Source: an uncultured Fibrobacterales bacterium
Lineage (GTDB): Bacteria; Fibrobacterota; Fibrobacteria; Fibrobacterales; CAWVXU01
Assembly (NCBI GenBank): GCA_963934255.1
Contig: CAWVXU010000001.1
Span: 30,686 to 94,685, forward strand
Length of the DNA stretch: 64,000 bases
Direction: 5' to 3'
Shown here one piece after another: positions 61,089 to 64,000 of the stretch. Both the position numbers and the translations under genes were made by a program. The notes below the pieces were generated by a model. The model had not been told where the DNA came from and made no database searches. It saw nothing but the letters and a program-made list of their open reading frames with translations. The stretch's first letter is position 1. Each line of letters begins with the position of its first letter.

Positions 61089-61583
61089 TCAAGACAATTT
61101 ACGAATTCTTTGACCTTTCGATTTACTTAATGCTTCAGGTGTGATTCCTAAATACGAAGCAATCATCCGTTGTGGAACTCGTTGTGCTATGTCAGCATAT
61201 GTTTCGATGAAATGTTCATAACGTTCAATAGCAGAAGAGCTCATCAGCATAATCACTCTTGTTTGTAAAACTGAAATCCTATTAAACAACGGTTGAGAGT
61301 GGTCTGAAGTTTCAAAATTTTTATCTTGAACGTAGATGACTGAATCTTCAATGGCGTCAATAAATAATTCACTGGGGAGTTGAGGGCTTGTACCATCTGC
61401 AATGGTCCAATTCTCGGGTGCAAATATAAAAATATGTTCTTTGCCTTTTACATCAATGGCATAACTACGTAATAGGCCTGATTTAACAAAGTATTGTTTA
61501 GAATTTAATACACCCTTATGCTGGAGGATTTGCCCTTTTTTTATTTGAACTTCCTTTAATTCATGGATGTTTTCAAAATTCAC
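61089..61583 (-). CDS. Crp/Fnr family regulator
   Basis: YFVKSGLLRSY.ID.KGKEH; QRVPQRMIASYLGITPEALS. Confidence 0.92.
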   Translation of the reverse strand: MNFENIHELKEVQIKKGQILQHKGVLNSKQYFVKSGLLRSYAIDVKGKEHIFIFAPENWTIADGTSPQLPSELFIDAIEDSVIYVQDKNFETSDHSQPLFNRISVLQTRVIMLMSSSAIERYEHFIETYADIAQRVPQRMIASYLGITPEALSKSKGQRIRKLS

Positions 61584-61680
61584 GAGAGTCCTCTAGGTTA
61601 AGTTTTACCAAGTATTAAAAATAACATTCCATGAAGTTAAGAAATAAACGGAACCAATGTTGTAAGTAGTTTTAAAAAAG

Positions 61681-61714
61681 GATGACGGATTGAGTATACA
61701 CCCAAGCCGTCATC
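61681..61714 (-). terminator. Intrinsic terminator
   Basis: GATGACGG / CCGTCATC with T tract on minus strand. Confidence 0.7.
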
Positions 61715-61741
61715 GTTTTATTTTCATTAACTATCAATCAT

Positions 61742-63259
61742 TTAGGCGTTAAATGAAACTCCAGCAAATTGAATCCCTGTTAACTCAGCCATGTCTTTTT
61801 TCCAAGTGGTGATATCTGTAGGATTGAATTGGTTCAAATGATGATGCCCACAAGCTCTTGCCATTACTTTCATGAGCTCTGTGGAAGCCAAAAAGAAATT
61901 TGAAAGTTGTAAGGCTGACTTATCTACGTTCAACAATTTTCGAAGCTCTGGTTTTTGTGTTGCTATCCCAGCAGGGCAATTGTTTGTGTTACACATTCTA
62001 GCACCTACACAGCCAATTGCCTGTAAAGCAGAGTTTGATAATGCAATCCCATCTGCTCCTAAAGCCATGGCTTTAATGAAGTCAGAAGGAACTCTTATTC
62101 CGCCTGTAATAATCAAGGTGACATCTTTTCTATTTATTTTATCTAAATAATGTCTTGCTCTAGCTAAAGCAGGGATAGTAGGGACAGAAATATTATTTCT
62201 AAAGATCAGAGGTGCAGCACCCGTTCCACCGCCTCTACCGTCTAATATAATGTAATCGGCACTTGCGTCTAAAGCAAATTGAATATCCTTTTCAATATGA
62301 TTGGCTGACAGTTTGAAGCCAATCGGGATCCCTCCTGTGATATCACGGACTTTATTTGCAAAGTCCTTAAAATCCTCTATGGTAATTAAATCATCAAAAG
62401 TGGGAGGTGATACAGCCGGTGTTCCTTCTTCAAGGTTTCTTACAAGTGCAATCTTCCCTGTGACTTTATTTCCTGAAAGATGGCCGCCTGTTCCAGTTTT
62501 TGCTCCTTGACCTCCCTTAAAATGAAAGGCTTGAACGTTTTTCAATTTATCCCAATCAAATCCAAATTTTGCTGAAGCGAGTTCGTAGAAGTATTTAGAG
62601 TTTGCTTGTTGCTCTTCTTCTAACATACCGCCTTCACCCGAGCAAATACCTGTGCCAGCTAACTCTGCACCTTTTGCCAAGGAAATTTTCGCTTCTTCTG
62701 ATAAAGCTCCATAGCTCATGTCTGAAACAAACAAAGGAATATCTAATTTTAAAGGCTTCTTAGCGTTAGGGCCAATGATGAATTCAGAATTGACTGATAT
62801 ATTTTCCATGAGTGGTTTGGTTGCCATTTGAGCTGCCAATATCTGGATATCATTCCACATGGGTAATTCGGGAATGGGAACACCCATAGCCCCCATTTCA
62901 CCATGGTGGCCTGTTTTAGACAAACCATCTTTTGCTAAAGCTTTGATATAAGCCAGTGTTGGCTCTTCTATGGTAGAGCCTTGACTAGGGCCAGTCTTTT
63001 TTTCTGATTCTCCTTCTTGTTTGATTGATGCATGGCTACCATCACAATAGGGAGGGTTTTTCGATTGTTTACACATGCATAGAGAAGCAGTCTCTGTTTC
63101 TTTGCTTTCAAATGACAGAGGTTCAAAAGGAGTTGAGACATGTGAATAATCGCAAAACGGTTGATTTTTAGATTCACCACAAGCACACCAAAGATATTTT
63201 TGGCCTTTTTTAAGTTCCGTAGTTATTGGTTTCGTATCTGCTATTTTCGGATTATTCAT
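61742..63259 (-). CDS. Tandem CDGSH domains fused to FMN-binding glutamate synthase domain
   Basis: WCACG.S..QPFCDYSH; CMCK...PYCDGSH; MSYGALS, SGEGG, GQGAK.G.GGHL, DGRGGGTGA, C.....C.TNNCPAG. Confidence 0.92.
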   Translation of the reverse strand: MNNPKIADTKPITTELKKGQKYLWCACGESKNQPFCDYSHVSTPFEPLSFESKETETASLCMCKQSKNPPYCDGSHASIKQEGESEKKTGPSQGSTIEEPTLAYIKALAKDGLSKTGHHGEMGAMGVPIPELPMWNDIQILAAQMATKPLMENISVNSEFIIGPNAKKPLKLDIPLFVSDMSYGALSEEAKISLAKGAELAGTGICSGEGGMLEEEQQANSKYFYELASAKFGFDWDKLKNVQAFHFKGGQGAKTGTGGHLSGNKVTGKIALVRNLEEGTPAVSPPTFDDLITIEDFKDFANKVRDITGGIPIGFKLSANHIEKDIQFALDASADYIILDGRGGGTGAAPLIFRNNISVPTIPALARARHYLDKINRKDVTLIITGGIRVPSDFIKAMALGADGIALSNSALQAIGCVGARMCNTNNCPAGIATQKPELRKLLNVDKSALQLSNFFLASTELMKVMARACGHHHLNQFNPTDITTWKKDMAELTGIQFAGVSFNA

Positions 63260-63360
63260 ATGAGAACTTTCGTGATGTGACTTGGGTGTTGTTTGGATAT
63301 TTGTAAAAAAGAAGAGAATTTAAAAAGCATTCTCATATATGTGTTTTCATTACTTTTAGA

Positions 63361-63390
63361 AAAAGGCGACGCATAGTTTATGCATCGCCT
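63361..63390 (-). terminator. Intrinsic terminator
   Basis: AGGCGAcGCAT / ATGCaTCGCCT with T tract on minus strand. Confidence 0.7.
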
Positions 63391-63398
63391 CAAATGAT

Positions 63399-63638
63399 TT
63401 ATAGGCTCATGTGTGATCCGTCACAGTACGGAGGATTCTTAGATTGTTTACACATACACATAGCAGCAGTTTTAGCTTCTTCTGCTTTAAATACTTTTGG
63501 TACAAATTCACTTCCAGCGTGGGCACCATTACACCAAGGTTGGTTATCTGATTTTCCACAGGCACACCAAGCGTATGTTTTTCCTTCTTCTAATTCTACC
63601 ATTTGTGGGGCTTTACCGGCTACTTTTGCTTTTTCCAT
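63399..63638 (-). CDS. CDGSH iron-sulfur domain protein (two motifs, CISD3-like)
   Basis: WCACGKS.NQPWCNGAH; CMCKQSKNPPYCDGSH; GAGG RBS. Confidence 0.92.
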   Translation of the reverse strand: MEKAKVAGKAPQMVELEEGKTYAWCACGKSDNQPWCNGAHAGSEFVPKVFKAEEAKTAAMCMCKQSKNPPYCDGSHMSL

Positions 63639-63755
63639 AATATTTTCCTCAGTTTATTGTTGAGTACTAATAGTCCTAAATAACGAAGCCAATAGCATTA
63701 ATCTAGGTTAAGAAATGATTCAAATGGGAGTTATTTTACAGCTTTTATTTTGAAC

Positions 63756-64000
63756 TCATTCACCTTGCTTCACACAAAGCTTTTCATTTGTCAAATCCCC
63801 TGGATATTCACCTTGGTTTGCTCCTATAGAACACATCCCACTGAGTAAACTCATCCTTGATTGAATGGAGTGGTTGGGTGTGGACCAGTGGACGAGATAA
63901 GGGTGCATAAACAAAACATCACCTGATTCTAGTTTAGGGGCAAAGGCCCTAAGACTCCAGTTTTCATTAAAATTATCAGCGGCTTTTTCTACTTGAGAAA
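63756..64000 (-). CDS. Phytanoyl-CoA dioxygenase (PhyH) family, C-terminal part (runs off window)
   Basis: LESGDVLFMHPYLVHWSTPNHSIQSR ending at TGA 63756-63758. Confidence 0.75.
   Translation of the reverse strand, partial: SQVEKAADNFNENWSLRAFAPKLESGDVLFMHPYLVHWSTPNHSIQSRMSLLSGMCSIGANQGEYPGDLTNEKLCVKQGE

Noticed and set aside
1..64000. CRISPR arrays, tRNA/rRNA, IS elements, prophage
   Set aside because: No spaced repeats, cloverleafs, transposase, integrase or phage genes seen by eye; tRNAscan and Rfam were not run

Overview
AT-rich bacterial chromosomal window, gene-dense and mostly housekeeping or envelope genes: 3' end of glpK, AI-2E transporter, a serine hydrolase/7TM sensor kinase/sigma54 activator/TPR lipoprotein/GT4/GT32 operon, hrpB, hrpA, nitrilase, PIN-PhoH, SulP, topB, sbcCD, epmC, FKBPs, Kef-type antiporter, recO, panB and a CDGSH/glutamate synthase block. 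A T9SS-like C-terminal domain and Bacteroidota-like MarR/pirin/YceI/Crp genes hint at an FCB-group organism such as Fibrobacterota (inference only). I saw no rRNA, tRNA, CRISPR array or IS element. Main signals beyond the ORF track: (1) a consensus sigma54 promoter in front of an uncharacterised three-gene envelope operon (CsgG/FlgO-like plus PEGA protein and two predicted beta-barrels); (2) a dispersed MarR regulon marked by the palindrome GTTTACATGTAAAC at marR, pirin-nitroreductase and yceI; (3) unusual architectures: MnmD-ankyrin, Trm112-like lipoprotein, DUF3553 with a degenerate VRR-NUC-like domain; (4) unannotated small ORFs, including a 42-aa ultra-acidic peptide; (5) several decayed genes in apparent intergenic space (cheX, MBL hydrolase, DUF3095, internally deleted histidine kinase). 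All family calls come from motif recognition by eye, not from database searches.
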